From Myxococcota bacterium (lineage in GTDB: Bacteria; Myxococcota_A; UBA9160; UBA4427), in contig JAYZFK010000096.1 of assembly GCA_036336835.1 (NCBI GenBank), positions 1 to 46,475 of the forward strand: 46,475 bases of DNA, in the 5' to 3' direction. Each line of letters starts with the position of its first letter. Position 1 is the first letter of the stretch. This document shows positions 36,969-46,475 of the stretch, one piece after another. Under the pieces are notes generated by a model. It was not told the origin of the DNA, did not search any database, and saw nothing but the letters and a program-made list of their open reading frames with translations. The position numbers were made by a program, and so were the translations under genes.

Positions 36969-38981
36969 TCAGAAGAGCTCGCCCTGCCCGCCCCCTCCCG
37001 GCCCCCTGCGACGCGGCGTCGCCGAGGAGCGCGCGGGCTTGCTCGGCGAGCGCGCGCCACGCTTGCGCGGTCGCTTGCGCCCCAGGTGCTGGAGCCGGCT
37101 CACCGGCTTGGCCGCGAGCCTTGTGCCCCGCGCCGTGGCGGACGTCGGGACCAGCTCACCCAGATCGAATTTGCTGCCCTGGATGCGCTGGCGCTGGGCC
37201 GGCGCGTAGGACAGCGAGACGACGCCCGCCTCGTCGGGGCGCAGCAGTAGATCGACGCGGCCGGCCTTGTCGCGGATCAATCTGTACTCCCGGTTGCGGA
37301 CGAACTTCTCGATCGCGATGCGCTTGCCGAAGCAGACCCGCTTGGCATCGCGGTAGACGACGACGAACTCCTCGGGCCGCTCCGGATCGAACACGGCGCA
37401 GTAGAGCAGCCTGGCCTCGAACAGCATCTTGTCCGGCGGCGGCATGATGCGGTAGCTGCCGTCCTTGGCGATCGCCAGAATCAGGTCGAACTCGCTGACG
37501 CTGAGCTTGAAGCGCTCGCCGCGTACGCTCGAGCCGAAGTAGCCGGTGTCGGGATCGTAGGCGAGCTTAATATTCTGGCGAGCAACGGCCTTCTTGTCGA
37601 CCGCCTCGATCCGCGCGATCTCGGTGCGGCGCGGAAACTGCTCTCCATACCGGTCGAGCAGGTCCTTCAGGTAATCGATCGTCGTCTTCTTCATCTTGGC
37701 GAGCTTGCGCTCGCAGCCCTTGATCCCCTTGCCGATCTCCCGGAGATCCTTCTTGTTGCGCTCGATGTCGAACAGCGAGATCCGCCGGATGCGGATCTCG
37801 AGCAGGCGCTTGACGTCGTCGTCGACCATGGGGCGGACGAACAGCGCCTCGTGCTCGTGCATCCCGTCCCAGACGCCGCTGCGCACGGCCGCGTCCGTCT
37901 TCGCGCGTTCGATCTTCTTGTAGACGCGCTTCTCGACGAAGATCTGCTCGAGCGTGAGCCAGTGCTGCTTGTCGAGGAGCTTCTGACGCTCGAACTCGAG
38001 CTCGGCCCGAAGCTGCTCGCGCAGCTGCTCGGTCAGGGCACGTAGCACCTCGCTGACCGAGAGCAGCTCGGGCCGCCGCTCCCGCACCACGTTGAGGTTC
38101 GAGGACACCGAGACACTGCAGTCCGTGTAGGCGTAGAGCTGCGGCACCACCTCCGATGCCGAAACCGCGCGCGGCAGCGTCAACTCGATCTCGACCCGAT
38201 CGGTGGTGAAGTCGTCTATGGACGCCACCTTGAGCCGGCCCTTCTGCGTCGCCGCCTCGATCGACGCGATCAGGCTCTCCGTCGTCGTGCCGTACGGGAT
38301 CTCGCGAATGACGATGTGCTTCTCGTCGCGCACCTCGAGCCGCGCGCGCACGTCGACCTTGCCTCGGCCGTCGTCGTAGGCCGACACGTCCATCAAGCCG
38401 CCCTGCAGGAAGTCGGGGAAGAGCTCGATCGGCTTGCCGTTGATCAGGGCGATCTGCGCCTGCCACAGCTCGACCAGGTTGTGCGGCAGGATCTTGGTGG
38501 CCATACCGACGGCGATGCCCTCGGTCCCCAGCATCAGCACCACCGGCAGCTTCGCGGGCAGGCAGACCGGCTCCTGGTTGCGCCCGTCGTAGCTCGGCAC
38601 GAACTCGGTGAGATCGGGATCGAACAGCGTCTCGAGCGCGAGCGGGGTGAGACGCGCTTCGATGTAGCGCGGGGCCGCCGCGGGCTGGCCGGTCAGCGCA
38701 TCGCCGAAGTTGCCCTGTCGGTCGATGAAGTAGGCCTTGTTGGCGAGCACGACCAGCGCATCGGCGATCGCGGCGTCGCCGTGCGGGTGCAGCTTCATGG
38801 TCTCGCCGACGACGCCCGCCACCTTGTGATAGCGGCCGTCGTGCATCGAGAACAATGTGTGGAGCAGGCGCCGCTGGACGGGCTTCAGTCCGTCGCGCAG
38901 GTCCGGGATCGCGCGATCCAGGATGAAGTAGCTCGCGTAGTCGACGAAGTGCTCGCGCATCAGCTGTTCGAGCTGTGCCAT
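36969..38981 (-). CDS. parC: DNA topoisomerase IV subunit A (short-CTD type)
   Basis: IPDLRDGLKPVQRR, HPHGD, AAAPRYIEARL (catalytic Tyr); no GyrA box; 670 aa. Confidence 0.88.
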   Translation of the reverse strand: MAQLEQLMREHFVDYASYFILDRAIPDLRDGLKPVQRRLLHTLFSMHDGRYHKVAGVVGETMKLHPHGDAAIADALVVLANKAYFIDRQGNFGDALTGQPAAAPRYIEARLTPLALETLFDPDLTEFVPSYDGRNQEPVCLPAKLPVVLMLGTEGIAVGMATKILPHNLVELWQAQIALINGKPIELFPDFLQGGLMDVSAYDDGRGKVDVRARLEVRDEKHIVIREIPYGTTTESLIASIEAATQKGRLKVASIDDFTTDRVEIELTLPRAVSASEVVPQLYAYTDCSVSVSSNLNVVRERRPELLSVSEVLRALTEQLREQLRAELEFERQKLLDKQHWLTLEQIFVEKRVYKKIERAKTDAAVRSGVWDGMHEHEALFVRPMVDDDVKRLLEIRIRRISLFDIERNKKDLREIGKGIKGCERKLAKMKKTTIDYLKDLLDRYGEQFPRRTEIARIEAVDKKAVARQNIKLAYDPDTGYFGSSVRGERFKLSVSEFDLILAIAKDGSYRIMPPPDKMLFEARLLYCAVFDPERPEEFVVVYRDAKRVCFGKRIAIEKFVRNREYRLIRDKAGRVDLLLRPDEAGVVSLSYAPAQRQRIQGSKFDLGELVPTSATARGTRLAAKPVSRLQHLGRKRPRKRGARSPSKPARSSATPRRRGPGGGGQGELF

Positions 38982-38983
38982 GA

Positions 38984-40807
38984 CTACGCTCGCGCCGCGT
39001 CGGCCCGGAGGTTCTCGACGATGAAATCGCGGCGCTCCGGCGTGTTCTTGCCCATGAAGAACTCGAGCTGGCGCACCACGTCGCCAAGATTGTGGACCGA
39101 GACCGGCACCAGCCGAATGCCGTCGCCGATGAACTGCTTGAACTCTTTGGGTCCGATCTCACCGAGACCCTTGAAGCGCGTCACCTCCGCGCCACGAATC
39201 GCCTGCATGGCCTGGTCGCGCTCGTCTTCGCTGTAGCAGTAGCGGGTTTCGCTCTTGTTGCGCACGCGGAAGAGCGGAGTCTCCAGGATGTAGAGATGAC
39301 CCTTGAGCACCAGATCCTCGAAGAAGCGCAGGAAGAAGGTGATCAGCAGGTTGCGGATGTGCATGCCGTCGACGTCGGCGTCGGTCGCCAGAACGACCCG
39401 GTTGTAGCGGAGGCCGTCGATGCCGTCCTCGACTCCGAGCACCCGCATCAGGTTGTAGAGCTCTTCGTTCTTGTAGATCGCGTCGCGCTTCAGGCCGTGG
39501 CAGTTGAGCGGCTTGCCGCGCAGCGTGAAGACGGCCTGCGTATAGACGTCGCGGGACGGGATCATCACGCCGCCCGCCGAATCCCCCTCGCCGATGAACA
39601 GCGTGGTCTCGTCGCGCCGCTTTCCCTTCCTGTCGTCGAAATGGACCTTGCAGTCGGTGAGCTTGGGGATACGGATCGCGACCTTCTTGGCGCGCTCGCG
39701 GGCCTCCTTCTTGATCGCCGTGAGCTCCTTGCGCACGCGTTCGTTGGCCATCACCTTGGCCAGCAGCGCCTGGGCCTGGACTTCGTTGCGATGCAGCCAA
39801 TGCAGCACGTTGTCGCGCACCTGCTGCACCACCGTGCCGCGGATCTCGGCCGAGCCGAGCTTGTTCTTGGTCTGGCTCTCGAAGACCGGATCCTGCAGCT
39901 TGATCGCGACGGCCCCGACGATGCCGTCGCGCACGTCCTCACCGGCGAAGCTCTTCTTGGCGTACTCGTTCACGCCCTTGAGCACGCCCTCGCGGAAGGC
40001 GCTCTGGTGGATGCCTCCGTCGTTGGTGTACTGGCCGTTCACGAACGAGAAGTACGCCTCGCCGTAGGCATTGGTGTGTGTGAAGGCGAACTCGAGCTGC
40101 TCGTCGAGGCAGTGCACCATCTCGTAGAGCGGCTGCTCGTCGCCGATCTCGAATTCGAGCAGGTCCGCCAGGCCGCGCGTGTGGTGATACTTCGCCCCGC
40201 CGTAGCGCAGTACGAGGCCCGCGTTCAGGAAGGCGTAGTAGCGCAGGCGCTGCTCGATGAAATCCTCGTTCCAGTCGTAGCGCTCGAAGATCTCTGGGTC
40301 GGGTGTGAAGCGGACGAGCGTGCCGTCGGCGGCCGCGGCGTCCCGGCCCTTCTGGTCGGACTCGATCCGCCCGCGCGAGAAGGTCGCCTTGCGGAACTTG
40401 CCCTCCCGAAAGCTCGTGACCTCGAAGCGCTCGGACAGCGCGTTGACCGCCTTGGTGCCGACGCCGTTGAGTCCGACCGAGAACTGGAACACGTCGTCGT
40501 TGTACTTGCCGCCGGTGTTGATCTGGCTCACGCACTCGACGAGCTTGCCGAGCGGGATGCCGCGGCCGTAGTCGCGCACGCTGAGCGTCGAGCCGTCGCG
40601 CTCGATCTCGATCCGCTTGCCGGCGCCCATGATGAACTCGTCGACGCCGTTGTCGATCACCTCCTTGAGCATCACGTAGATGCCGTCTAGCGGATGGCTC
40701 CCGCTGCCGAGGCGACCGATGTACATACCGGTGCGCAGGCGGATGTGCTCGAGCGCATCCAGCGTCTGGATCGACTTCTCGTCGTACTGCTTCCTGGCTC
40801 GGGGCAT
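38984..40807 (-). CDS. parE: DNA topoisomerase IV subunit B
   Basis: EHIRLRTGMYIG, EVIDNGVDE, DYGRGIP, GLNGVG, EGDSAGG, LRGKPLN, TDADVDG, RFKGLGE. Confidence 0.9.
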   Translation of the reverse strand: MPRARKQYDEKSIQTLDALEHIRLRTGMYIGRLGSGSHPLDGIYVMLKEVIDNGVDEFIMGAGKRIEIERDGSTLSVRDYGRGIPLGKLVECVSQINTGGKYNDDVFQFSVGLNGVGTKAVNALSERFEVTSFREGKFRKATFSRGRIESDQKGRDAAAADGTLVRFTPDPEIFERYDWNEDFIEQRLRYYAFLNAGLVLRYGGAKYHHTRGLADLLEFEIGDEQPLYEMVHCLDEQLEFAFTHTNAYGEAYFSFVNGQYTNDGGIHQSAFREGVLKGVNEYAKKSFAGEDVRDGIVGAVAIKLQDPVFESQTKNKLGSAEIRGTVVQQVRDNVLHWLHRNEVQAQALLAKVMANERVRKELTAIKKEARERAKKVAIRIPKLTDCKVHFDDRKGKRRDETTLFIGEGDSAGGVMIPSRDVYTQAVFTLRGKPLNCHGLKRDAIYKNEELYNLMRVLGVEDGIDGLRYNRVVLATDADVDGMHIRNLLITFFLRFFEDLVLKGHLYILETPLFRVRNKSETRYCYSEDERDQAMQAIRGAEVTRFKGLGEIGPKEFKQFIGDGIRLVPVSVHNLGDVVRQLEFFMGKNTPERRDFIVENLRADAARA

Positions 40808-40852
40808 TCTCCTCCCACCCGGGCGGGAGCTTCGGGAATCCCACTCGCGGCT

Positions 40853-41731
40853 TCAAGCCATGGTCAGCAGCGAGCTGGTGGCCCCGAGAGAGCGACAGGC
40901 CTGCCCACCCGCACGGCTGGCGAGCTCGAGCGCGCCGAGCACGGGCATCCCGCGCGCCAGGCCGGCCGCGAAGCCGCCGTGAAAGGCATCTCCCGCGCCG
41001 GTCGTGTCGCGGACCCGGACGCGCCGCGCCGCGATGCGGCGGAAGCGGCCGTCCACCAGCGCAAGCGCGCCCTGCCTGCCCAGGGTGACCACCGGGGTGC
41101 CTCCCGTGCGCTCGCGCAGCCAGCGCAGCACGTCGCGCGGGCTGCCCAGGCCCGCGCTCTCGACGAACTGTCGCGGCACGATCGGGTAGTCGACGAGCGG
41201 CAGCAGCGGCCCGAAGGCGGGCCTGGTGTCCGCGAAGTCGGCGATCGTGCTGGCCCCCTGCTCGCGGGCGCGCCGCAGGGCTCGCTTCGCCTGGCGCGCG
41301 AAGTGGCCGTCGACGAGCAGCACGGCCCCCCGCCGGATCGGCGACAGGTCGAAATCGGGGGCGCGGCGCTCGATCGCGCGTCGGTCGGGCAGCACGAAGC
41401 GCCGTTCGCCGCTGCTGGCGCCGACCAGGATCAGCGCGGTCGTGGTCGGGAGCTCGGCCGAGCGCACGACCCGCCGCGTGCCGACCCCGCGCTCGCGCAG
41501 CTGGCGCAGCAGCCAGCGACCGTCGGCGTCGTCGCCGACCAGCGACAGCAGCTGCGCCCGCACGCCGAGCGCGGCGGCCTGGACGAGCGCGTTGGCGGCC
41601 ATGCCGCCGGTCGTGACCAGGCGCTGGCGATAGCGCGTACGCTCGGCGGCGCTCGGCTCGGCGACCCGGTACAGATGGTCGACGACGCACAGCCCGAGCC
41701 CGACGACCGGGCGATGTCCGCGGCCCCCCAC
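40853..41731 (-). CDS. PfkB-family carbohydrate kinase
   Basis: GGMAANA, VGDDADG, VTLGRQG, DTTGAGDAFHGG; GTG 41731 (alternative ATG 41749). Confidence 0.9.
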   Translation of the reverse strand: MGGRGHRPVVGLGLCVVDHLYRVAEPSAAERTRYRQRLVTTGGMAANALVQAAALGVRAQLLSLVGDDADGRWLLRQLRERGVGTRRVVRSAELPTTTALILVGASSGERRFVLPDRRAIERRAPDFDLSPIRRGAVLLVDGHFARQAKRALRRAREQGASTIADFADTRPAFGPLLPLVDYPIVPRQFVESAGLGSPRDVLRWLRERTGGTPVVTLGRQGALALVDGRFRRIAARRVRVRDTTGAGDAFHGGFAAGLARGMPVLGALELASRAGGQACRSLGATSSLLTMA

Positions 41732-41801
41732 GCCACGAAGCGTAACCATTCTGGGACCCAGCGCGTATCCTCCCGGCGACGCCCACTACGAGGAGACCAC
41801 C

Positions 41802-42215
41802 ATGCGACCCAGCGTGACCCGCTGCCTGCAGACCCTGCTGATCGGCGGCACCGCCCTGTGCCTCGCCGCCCCGGCCGCCGCCGACGACGCCGCGGGCAAC
41901 CCGCAGGTCGTCAAGATCCACGCCGACTGGTGCGGCACCTGCGTCAAGCTGAACCCGACCTGGGAGGCCCTGCGCGAGAAGCACGCCGACTCGGTCGACT
42001 TCGTCATCCTCGACGTCACCAACGACATCACCCGGGCCGCGGCCGAGAACACCGCCGAGCAGCGCGGTCTCGACCGCGTATTCGAGACCTACGGCGGCCG
42101 CACGGGGACCGTTCTGGTGATGCGCGCGGCGGCGGGAGAGCCGGTCGCGGTGCTGAAGGGCAAGACCGACGTCGCCGACTACGACGAGCCCATCGCGCGG
42201 GCGCGCGAGTCGTAG
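41802..42215 (+). CDS. Secreted thioredoxin-like protein
   Basis: Signal peptide, HADWCGTC; SD GAGGAG. Confidence 0.85.
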   Translation: MRPSVTRCLQTLLIGGTALCLAAPAAADDAAGNPQVVKIHADWCGTCVKLNPTWEALREKHADSVDFVILDVTNDITRAAAENTAEQRGLDRVFETYGGRTGTVLVMRAAAGEPVAVLKGKTDVADYDEPIARARES

Positions 42216-42251
42216 CCCGGCGTAGCCGGGCCGTGGCCCGCCCGGTGGGCG

Positions 42252-42878
42252 TCAGTGGAGCGAGCGCTTCTGCTCGGTCCAGCTGGCGCCACTGAAGAAG
42301 AGCACCCGTTTCGAGGTCGTGACCTCGGCGCTGCTGGCGACCGTGCGCGCCGTCTCGACCGTCTCGTGGATGCCGAGCTTCGCGGCCACGAAGCGGCCCG
42401 ACGAGGGGGACAGACCGAGCGCGCGGCGCCGCGTCACGACCAGCGCCGCAGCCGAGCCGACGCTGGTGGTGTGCAGCCCCTCTTGCGGTCCGAGCGCCTC
42501 CTCGTGCCACTGTCCGTCGAATGCGATCGCGCGCTGCGACGTGACGAACAGCGCGATCCGCGTGCCGAGCTCGGGGCCCGCCGTCGACGCCTCGGTCACG
42601 CGCCGCGCGAGCTGGCTCCAGCCCGTGCGACCGTGGAATCCCAGCAGGCGACGCTCCGAGACGGCAAAGCCAATCCGCCCGCGCGCACCGTGCCAGATCA
42701 GCCGCTCCCCCACCTCGAGCCGAAGCTTGCGCGCACTGCCGCCGGCCGCGTGGGCCATGAGGTCGCGGTCGACCACGACGATGGCGACCGTGTCCTCGAG
42801 CTCGAACTCGTCCTGGCCGGCACGGGACGGACTGACGGACAGCAGGAGCGTGAGAAGCAGGGCAGCATTGCGCAGCAC
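42252..42878 (-). CDS. Hypothetical secreted protein with internal ~40-aa beta-rich repeats
   Basis: GTG after SD GGAGG; signal peptide MLRNAALLLTLLLSVSPSRA; repeated V(T/S)xxR(A/L/V)hxF-like units. Confidence 0.75.
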   Translation of the reverse strand: MLRNAALLLTLLLSVSPSRAGQDEFELEDTVAIVVVDRDLMAHAAGGSARKLRLEVGERLIWHGARGRIGFAVSERRLLGFHGRTGWSQLARRVTEASTAGPELGTRIALFVTSQRAIAFDGQWHEEALGPQEGLHTTSVGSAAALVVTRRRALGLSPSSGRFVAAKLGIHETVETARTVASSAEVTTSKRVLFFSGASWTEQKRSLH

Positions 42879-42989
42879 GGTGAACCTCCGGCACGATCCA
42901 CCGCCCCGGGAGCCGGATCGAGAGCTCCGCGCGCTGGGCGCCACAATCGGCGACCCGGCACAGGGGCGATGTCCACCGGAGTGTAGGCC

Positions 42990-44171
42990 GTGCAGGAACG
43001 CTACAAGAGCGAGCCGAATCGCGACGTCCCGGCGGCGGCTCCTGGCGAGTTCGGGCCGCTCGCGATCGGTCCGCTCGCGGTCTGGCCGCCGGTCGTGCTG
43101 GCGCCGATGGCGGGCATCACGAACTACCCGTTTCGCACGGTCTGCCGGCGGTACGGCGCCGGGCTCTACGTCTCGGAGATGATCACCGCCCGCGCGCTCG
43201 TCGCGCGCAACCCCAAGACGCTGCGCCTGGCAGGCTTCAACCCGGACGAGTCGCCGCGCAGCCTGCAGCTCTACGGCGTCGACCCGGAGTGGATCGGGCG
43301 CGCGGTCGAGTGGCTGTGCCGCGAGGATCTGGTCGACCACATCGACATGAACTTCGGCTGCCCGGTGCGCAAGGTGACGCGGCGCGGCGGCGGCGCGGCC
43401 CTGCCCGGCAAGCCGCGGCTGCTGGCGCGGATCGTGCGCTCGGCCGTGCGGGCCGCGGGCGACGTGCCGGTGACGATCAAGTTCCGCATCGGCATCGACG
43501 ACGACTGGCCGACCTTCCGCGACTCGGGACGCATCGCCGAGGACGAGGGCTGCGCCGCCATCTCGATGCACGCCCGCACCGCGGCCCAGCTCTACGACGG
43601 CCAGGCCGACTGGAATGCGATCGGCGAACTCAAACAGCTCGTGACGACCATCCCCGTGCTCGGCAACGGCGACATCTGGGAGGCGGGCGACGCCCTGCGC
43701 ATGATGCGCGAGACCGGCTGCGACGGCGTCGTCGTCGGGCGCGGCTGTCTGGGGCGCCCGTGGCTGTTCGGCGACCTGGCCGCCGTCTTCGACGGCCGCG
43801 AGCCACCCGACCCGCCGCGCTTCGGCGAGATCGCGCGGCTGATGAGCGAGCACGCGCGCCTGCTCGCGGAGTGGATGGGCGAGCCGCTCGGCGTGCGCAA
43901 CTTCCGCAAGCACGCCACCTGGTACACCAAGGGCTTCCCGGGCAGCGCCCGCCTGCGCGGCCGCCTGATCGCGATCGAAACGCTCGCCGATCTGGAGCGG
44001 ATCCTCGGCGAAGCCGATGCCGGAGAGCCCTTTCCGGCCGTCGCCATGCGCGCCCAGCGCGGCAAGAGCGCCGGCCGCCAGAAAGTGGCCCTGCCCGAGG
44101 GCTACCGCAGCCAGCTCGACGACGACCGCCCCCCCGGCGCGGAGGCCGAGGCGGCGGTGTCAGGGGGCTAG
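42990..44171 (+). CDS. dusB: tRNA-dihydrouridine synthase
   Basis: LAPMAGIT, SEMIT, DMNFGCP, KFRIG, HART, GNGDI, GRGCLGRPW. Confidence 0.92.
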   Translation: MQERYKSEPNRDVPAAAPGEFGPLAIGPLAVWPPVVLAPMAGITNYPFRTVCRRYGAGLYVSEMITARALVARNPKTLRLAGFNPDESPRSLQLYGVDPEWIGRAVEWLCREDLVDHIDMNFGCPVRKVTRRGGGAALPGKPRLLARIVRSAVRAAGDVPVTIKFRIGIDDDWPTFRDSGRIAEDEGCAAISMHARTAAQLYDGQADWNAIGELKQLVTTIPVLGNGDIWEAGDALRMMRETGCDGVVVGRGCLGRPWLFGDLAAVFDGREPPDPPRFGEIARLMSEHARLLAEWMGEPLGVRNFRKHATWYTKGFPGSARLRGRLIAIETLADLERILGEADAGEPFPAVAMRAQRGKSAGRQKVALPEGYRSQLDDDRPPGAEAEAAVSGG

Positions 44172-44489
44172 CCGCCGGTTCCCAGCCTTCCACGCTATCG
44201 AGCTCGATCCGGGGACGCGCAGCGCTTCACTGCGAAGCCCCCGAGCGCCTAGGGTTGGGCACCGAGTGATCGGCTCGGAGCGTTCGATCATGCCGCCAGG
44301 GGGATACATGCGGCGTGCATTTCCGGCGACAACGGAAAATTCCATCGCGGTCCCATTGCTAATCGACTCAGAAAATTTCGCGCTGATCGTCATCATGCTC
44401 TAGCAAAAAACGTTCGAAAAGAGCCTTTCCTACCCGACCCGGAAATCACGGCCCCGGCACTCACCTAGTGGCGGAAGCCTGGCTCGCTG

Positions 44490-46475
44490 ATGGATACACT
44501 CAAAGTCAAACAGTCTTACCGTCCGGACATCGACGGACTTCGTGCGATTGCTGTTCTGGCGGTCGTTCTTTCACACGCAGAGGCACCCGGATTCAGCGGC
44601 GGCTTCGTCGGCGTCGATGTCTTCTTCGTCATCAGCGGATTCCTCATCACCGGCATCATCGTGGATCAACTGCGGGCACAGACCTTCCGCTTCCGCGATT
44701 TCTGGATGCGCCGCGTTCGAAGACTCGCCCCGGCCCTCCTCGCGGTGATCTCGACCGCCACGCTCACGTTTGCGCTGCTGTTGGAACCCGAGCTCCTGCG
44801 CGAGTTCGGCCGGTCGCTCGTTGCTCAAACGCTTCTTGTTTCGAATGTGTTCTTCTGGAAGCAAAGCGGCTACTTCGACACTGCGGCTCATTTCAAACCG
44901 CTGCTGCATACCTGGAGCCTGGCGGTAGAGGAGCAGTTCTACATTCTGCTGCCACCGCTACTCTGGCTACTCAATCGACGCAGCAAGAAACTGTTGATGC
45001 CGGCCTTGGTCCTCGGAACGGCGTCTTCCTTTGCGCTATGCATCTGGGCGACCAATACCTTTAGCAGTGCAGCCTTCTACCTCCTGCCATTTCGCGCATG
45101 GGAAATGGGAATCGGCTCCTGCCTTGCCCTATACCTTCGAACGGGCAAGCCTGCTCGCTGGGAGGTCAGCGGTACCGTCCTCAACGCGGTTTCGGCCGCA
45201 GGCCTGGTGGCGATTGCTGCCGCGATCCTGGCGTACGACAGATACACACCGTTTCCGTCCTATTGGGCGGCATTCCCAACGGTGGGCACGGCTGCAATTC
45301 TCTGGGCCCACAGTGCCAGGACGACGGCTGTTGGCCAGCTCTTGAGTCTTGGCCCGATCGTGTACATCGGCAAGATCTCCTACTCGCTCTATCTGTGGCA
45401 TTGGGTGGTGTTCACCTTCGTGCGGACCATCGTCGTCGGACCGCCTGGGCCAGAGGCCATGGCTGCCGCCACCGTTTTCTCCATTGTCCTTGCCTCGATC
45501 TCCTATCACCTGATCGAACAACCGTTCCGGCGAAATCGATTGCGCTATCGCGACCGCTCCCTCTTGATCGCAACGGCCGCGTGTGCTCTCTGCGTAATCG
45601 CCTCGGGAGCGGTCATCGAGAAGTCGAAGGGGTGGCCGGAGCGCCTCCAGGTGGCGGAAGACGAGTTCGACCGACCGTCGCGACGCCGGGAATGCTTCTT
45701 GACCCAGCCCGGCGATCCGATTTTCTGTCGGTTGGGCGAAGCCCACGAGCCAGCACTACTCGTCATGGGCGACAGCCACAGCCATGCGCTCCTGGACGGC
45801 TTCGAGGTACTCGCGGAGAAGCATTCGGTCGGAGGCTACTTTGCAGCAGGCAGGGGCTGCCTGCCGTTCTGGGGAGCCGAGTCAGTACGCGCATCCGAGG
45901 ACGTGGCCCGCTGCGCGCAAATCCTGGAGAAGGCCAAAGAGCTGGTTTCACAGGGGGACATCCAGCACATCGTGCTTGCGGCGCGATGGAGCCTCTACCT
46001 GACCAGTACGTCTCCGGATGGAGAGCACCAGGCCATCGTCTCGAGCTCGAACGATTCGCCGGGTGTCGAGAACTCGGCTCGGGTGTTCAGGCAAGCATTG
46101 GACACCACCGTAGCGCGGCTGAGCGCCGAGGGAGTCCGGATCTCCGTCGTGGAACAGGTACCCCATCAGTGGATCGAGCCGCGACAAGCCATCTTTCGCG
46201 CACACAATCTGAAGCTCGATCCCAATCGTTTTAGTGTCTCGGTCTCCGCGCACCAACGACTGCAAGAACCAGTGCGTGCGGAGTTCGACCGGCATGACGA
46301 GATTCAGCTCATCAACCTCGATGACATCTACTGCACCGACCGCTGCTGGATCTTCGATGCCGGGGGACGCTCGCTCTACTCCGATGGCGATCACTTGAAC
46401 GCGCGCGGATCGCTTTTCGCGGAACCTGGCCTACGGCCCATTTTTGAGGCGCTCGCATCACGGCCTGCGCCCGAA
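44490..46475 (+). CDS. OafA/YrhL-type acyltransferase_3 with C-terminal SGNH domain; 3'-truncated by the window edge
   Basis: Manual translation (not in ORF track): YRPDIDGLRAIAVL, GVDVFFVISGFLIT, HTWSLAVEEQFY, GKISYSLYLWHW, in-frame GDSH (45768) and DGDH (~46383). Confidence 0.93.
   Translation, partial: MDTLKVKQSYRPDIDGLRAIAVLAVVLSHAEAPGFSGGFVGVDVFFVISGFLITGIIVDQLRAQTFRFRDFWMRRVRRLAPALLAVISTATLTFALLLEPELLREFGRSLVAQTLLVSNVFFWKQSGYFDTAAHFKPLLHTWSLAVEEQFYILLPPLLWLLNRRSKKLLMPALVLGTASSFALCIWATNTFSSAAFYLLPFRAWEMGIGSCLALYLRTGKPARWEVSGTVLNAVSAAGLVAIAAAILAYDRYTPFPSYWAAFPTVGTAAILWAHSARTTAVGQLLSLGPIVYIGKISYSLYLWHWVVFTFVRTIVVGPPGPEAMAAATVFSIVLASISYHLIEQPFRRNRLRYRDRSLLIATAACALCVIASGAVIEKSKGWPERLQVAEDEFDRPSRRRECFLTQPGDPIFCRLGEAHEPALLVMGDSHSHALLDGFEVLAEKHSVGGYFAAGRGCLPFWGAESVRASEDVARCAQILEKAKELVSQGDIQHIVLAARWSLYLTSTSPDGEHQAIVSSSNDSPGVENSARVFRQALDTTVARLSAEGVRISVVEQVPHQWIEPRQAIFRAHNLKLDPNRFSVSVSAHQRLQEPVRAEFDRHDEIQLINLDDIYCTDRCWIFDAGGRSLYSDGDHLNARGSLFAEPGLRPIFEALASRPAPE

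Noticed and set aside
36969..40807. gyrB-gyrA assignment
   Set aside because: Short subunits, no GyrA box and a reduced CTD favour topoisomerase IV
45098..46234. 378-aa plus-strand ORF and other small ORFs at the right end
   Set aside because: Out-of-frame overlaps of the continuous acyltransferase frame starting at 44490

Overview
High-GC (about 70% by eye) bacterial chromosomal window, most consistent with a Myxococcota-like organism (Myxococcus-type Cys-rich repeats, DUF3604, Grx4-rhodanese fusion); the taxonomy is an inference. It is densely coding, with about 37 genes, and I found no rRNA, tRNA, CRISPR or IS. Left to right: a truncated secreted metzincin with Cys-rich repeats plus a coupled secreted partner; an AddAB-type helicase-nuclease pair; bfd-bfr with Fur-like boxes; DUF3604; assorted hydrolases and transferases; a MerR-led menG-menF-menD-menH-menA-menC menaquinone operon; class I fumarase; fbp; a Prc protease; a Grx4/A-type-carrier/rhodanese fusion with BolA and a secreted rhodanese; parE-parC; dusB; and a lower-GC OafA-type acyltransferase running off the right end. 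The two end genes are absent from the ORF track because they have no stop codon in the window. Most interesting: (1) the metzincin appears topologically permuted, with its beta-sheet module after the Met-turn; (2) a tandem-HTH MerR heads the men operon with a dyad inside its promoter spacer; (3) the Bfr lacks both ferroxidase His ligands and has oppositely placed Fur-like boxes; (4) ParC ends in a beta-clamp-like QGELF motif; (5) there is a recurrent leaderless-promoter signature.
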